A stretch of 64,000 bases of DNA from Mesotaenium endlicherianum. Its lineage: Eukaryota. The translations under genes and the position numbers were made by a program. The notes under the pieces are model-generated. The model had not been told where the DNA came from and made no database searches. It saw nothing but the letters and a program-made list of their open reading frames with translations. The DNA is taken from the NCBI GenBank assembly GCA_009602735.1, contig WELA01003054.1, positions 302,555 to 366,554 on the forward strand, read 5' to 3'. This document shows, one piece after another, positions 61,142-64,000 of this stretch (positions are counted from its first letter, which is position 1; each line of letters opens with the position of its first letter).

Positions 61142-61334
61142 TTGCTTATGTATGAGTATACTGATGGCATGATTGATGCTCGTTTACTTGCATTTGACTT
61201 GGGAGTATTGTCCATTGCTAGTGTATTGTCTTTGCTGTTAAATCAGTTAACGAAAAATACCATAAAGATTTACTTGTTGATATAAAGATCTTTTATTAAT
61301 TGTTAATCGCCTATTGGTAAGTCGATTCATTTCA
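61142..61334 (+). mobile_element. Truncated family A LTR end (opposite orientation)
   Basis: ttgcttatgtatgagt...ggtaagtcgattcatttca is the reverse complement of the first ~190 bp of the + strand A LTR copies. Confidence 0.85.
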
Positions 61335-62794
61335 TCGTACCTTTTAGAATTATTTATTAGGAATTTGGAAGTAAAGTTCTAGAGTGGGTCCATCTCGAAA
61401 CCCACCTCAGTCGACATGAGATCACTTTCCATCGCTTTTCACGTCTATCAATTCCGGGCTCTTACGCACTCCAAGATTTTTTTCAAGGTTGAGACTCCCC
61501 CTCTGTTGCTCTGTGTCTATACTCCTTGATTAGGTAGTTAGTTTTCTGATGTTGCTTGGGGCCCCTTACGCTAACATGCCTTGCGTCTCTTTATTGGATT
61601 TTGCATGTTGCCACCTTGTGACATTTCAAATTTCAGCAATAAATTCGTCAGTCATGTCATTTTATATTTCCACCAGCAAACTCCTGCACGCGTGATTGAG
61701 TATGTGGATGTCGGTGACCTGGTAAGTCCCGGTCTCTATAATACATCATTTGAGGAACCTGAATACTCCAGAATAATCAATGGCATTGCTCCAGAAAGAA
61801 CACTCGAAGAGCCGAAGTTCTCGGTGACAATGGGCTAGAATTTGTCGAGCCGAACTTCATCAACCAGTCTCGATGCATATATGTGTAACACACGGCTCTA
61901 TATCAGCCACGTGGCTCACCAACATAGGCATGACCCCGACTTTCTTTTATCTTTCACGGAAATCAAAACATTACAATTCCACAAAATGCTGAAAAAGTGT
62001 GTAAAGCAAAAAAAAAGGTGTTGCAAGGTGGTTACAAACGTGTGAAGAGTCCGACATAGGCGGCAGGCAGCGCGAGGCTGCTGCACCGGGCAGGTGTGCA
62101 GTGGTGTCAAGTGGTGTGGCCCTTCTTATGGTGAAGCTGGCTGCAGGCAGGGTAGCACCGATGCACACTGATGCATCCCTCGGAAGTCGTCACACTACAG
62201 CGGTATTGTTTACAGCGGTCTACTACAGTGTAGTATGTGGCACTTGCCTGGTTCTCATTAGATACATTTATAATAGGCTTCGCCTCTTATGTGTTATATA
62301 CTTTCATTTGCTGAATTTAATCGAGCTACGTACTGTATGCTCTTCATAGCAAGGATGTCGGGTTGTGTGTCCTCTTCTATGTGAGCGGAAGAAACTGATC
62401 GCACCTTTTCCCCCCTCAACGGGCTTTCAATCTAAAGCTGCTGCAGATTTTTATGATAGTGCCACATAATTTACCTCTGGACATTCGTTCTGGCTTGCTA
62501 CGTTCTTATAGACACGGCATATAGCTTCTTCAATATTCAAGTCTCCAATCTGCAGTCTATAAATCTTCAAAGGTCCTCTCAGACATCGAGCTCATTCTGA
62601 TTCAAATGTGTACTTCCCGAGGAGGTACTTGATAGCTCATTTCACGCTGGAAGCTGCAGTAGTTGATGTTCCCCCACCTTGGATAGCGTAAGTTTGTAAG
62701 GGCCTTCGGTGAATCTTAGTTGAGGAGGAGTAAGTCGTGGATTGGAGAGTGTTACATATGGTTACACCGGACATGCTTGGCCGGCTCTAGAACA

Positions 62795-63499
62795 ATGGTG
62801 CTTTTATCAGTTAGACAGCCTACTCTGGGCGTCCTTACGCCTTACAGTGGAGGCCTGTGTGAACCTCAGCAGACAATTTCATGTGGAGCACCTCGCATTC
62901 AATGTCCTCGCATTCAGGCATCTGATAGGACACCAATGAACCTCAAGCCGTTGGCTGGACCTTTATCAAATACTTCAAGGCTTTACATGAAAGGGCCGTT
63001 GACAACTGTACAAAATATAGCAGTGCACTCGTTCTGTGCTGGATCTAGAGCCTTCAGAGGAGATGTGTCAGTTTGTTTTCTGAAGAGATTAGGAGTTCAG
63101 AGCCTGTTGGAGTCCTATGGAAGCTCAAAAAAGGACTTGTTTAGCATACCCTTGTCACTTACTTTTCCCTTCAGAAGATCAATGAACGAAATGGTACCTG
63201 TTGCTGAGGGCGTGCTCCGCCTTCACGATGGGATGTCACAAGTCAGAATGAATGTCCAGGGGCTCGGTTTTAAGATGCCATTGCTATGGGACAGGTCAGA
63301 ACCTAGAGCATACGCAAAGGCTACTATTTTCAAAGCTCTGGGTATCACCTCGTCTTTGGTAGAAAAGCAGGGTGATGTGTCAAATACGTGGAAGGGGGAC
63401 ACCATGTGGCAGCGATGGTTTGGCGGGAATGGGAGGGACGAAGAAGAGAGTGGATCCGGACCTGCCTTTCGCATTGATGCCCCTGGGCAGCGCGTATTG
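62795..63499 (+). CDS. Probable first coding exon of an unidentified nuclear gene (transit-peptide-like N-terminus)
   Basis: Long ORF 62720-63598 with first ATG at 62795; S/R/P-rich N-terminus. Donor-like gcaagtaag at ~63500 could join a TAG acceptor at ~63702 (ISWAELIRTAYAS). No recognisable domain. Confidence 0.45.
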
Positions 63500-64000
63500 G
63501 CAAGTAAGCACTGGCAGACATCTGAACTCAGTTATCGAGCTTCCCTAGCTGCTATAAGTATTGCAGAAACTGAATGTCATCTATTCTTGGGCATCTGAAT
63601 AAACGTCATGTTTTATATGATAATAGCATATGGGAGCAGGGCAGAGCCTGGAACTTGTTAATTCTATCTAGTCTAAATTGAAGACTTGCAATTCGTCTGT
63701 AGATATCCTGGGCTGAACTGATCAGAACAGCATATGCTTCCAGGTTGCCACATCCGTATTCGCCGCTGTCAAACCCTTCCTAAGGGCAGGATGACCTTCT
63801 GTTGTCACTGGGGAGGGGTGTGCAGTTGGGGATCTGCATGGGGATTGGGAGCAAACCCTAGCAGCATTGAGGCTGGCTGGGGTAATATCGGGCGACAACT
63901 CCATGTCTTGGACAGGAGGCTCAGCGGTGAGTTTATCTAGCCTGCTCATAATGTGATCCTTTGAAGCTGTATCTATTGATACAAAAACACAAGCTGTTGC

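Overview
Eukaryotic, intron-rich nuclear DNA with GC-rich exons, (CA/TG)n-rich introns and N gaps next to poly-G/C runs. It most likely comes from a streptophyte green alga or basal plant (inference). The left half (1-30.5 kb) is genic. It holds the 5' exons of an organellar Glu-tRNA(Gln) amidotransferase subunit A (GatA, - strand), a divergently transcribed ~17-exon RNA-dependent RNA polymerase gene (+ strand, ~8.1-20.8 kb), and a 5-exon LEA-type hydrophilin (- strand). The RDR looks RDR-gamma (RDR3/4/5)-like along its length but has the canonical DLDGD catalytic loop and one internal frame break. The right half (30.5-61.3 kb) is a nest of three Ty3/Gypsy families. Family A is a chromovirus with ~715-bp LTRs and 8 LTR copies; its one complete, TSD-flanked copy carries an intact extra 560-aa ORF between pol and the 3' LTR. 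Family B is a chromovirus with ~503-bp LTRs and one intact pol. Family C is a GC-rich relic with a PHD finger after the integrase. The window ends in the probable first exon of an unidentified gene. Top leads: the accessory ORF cassette in chromovirus A, the gamma-like/DLDGD RDR, and the PHD-bearing retroelement. Homology statements come from recalled family motifs, not database searches.
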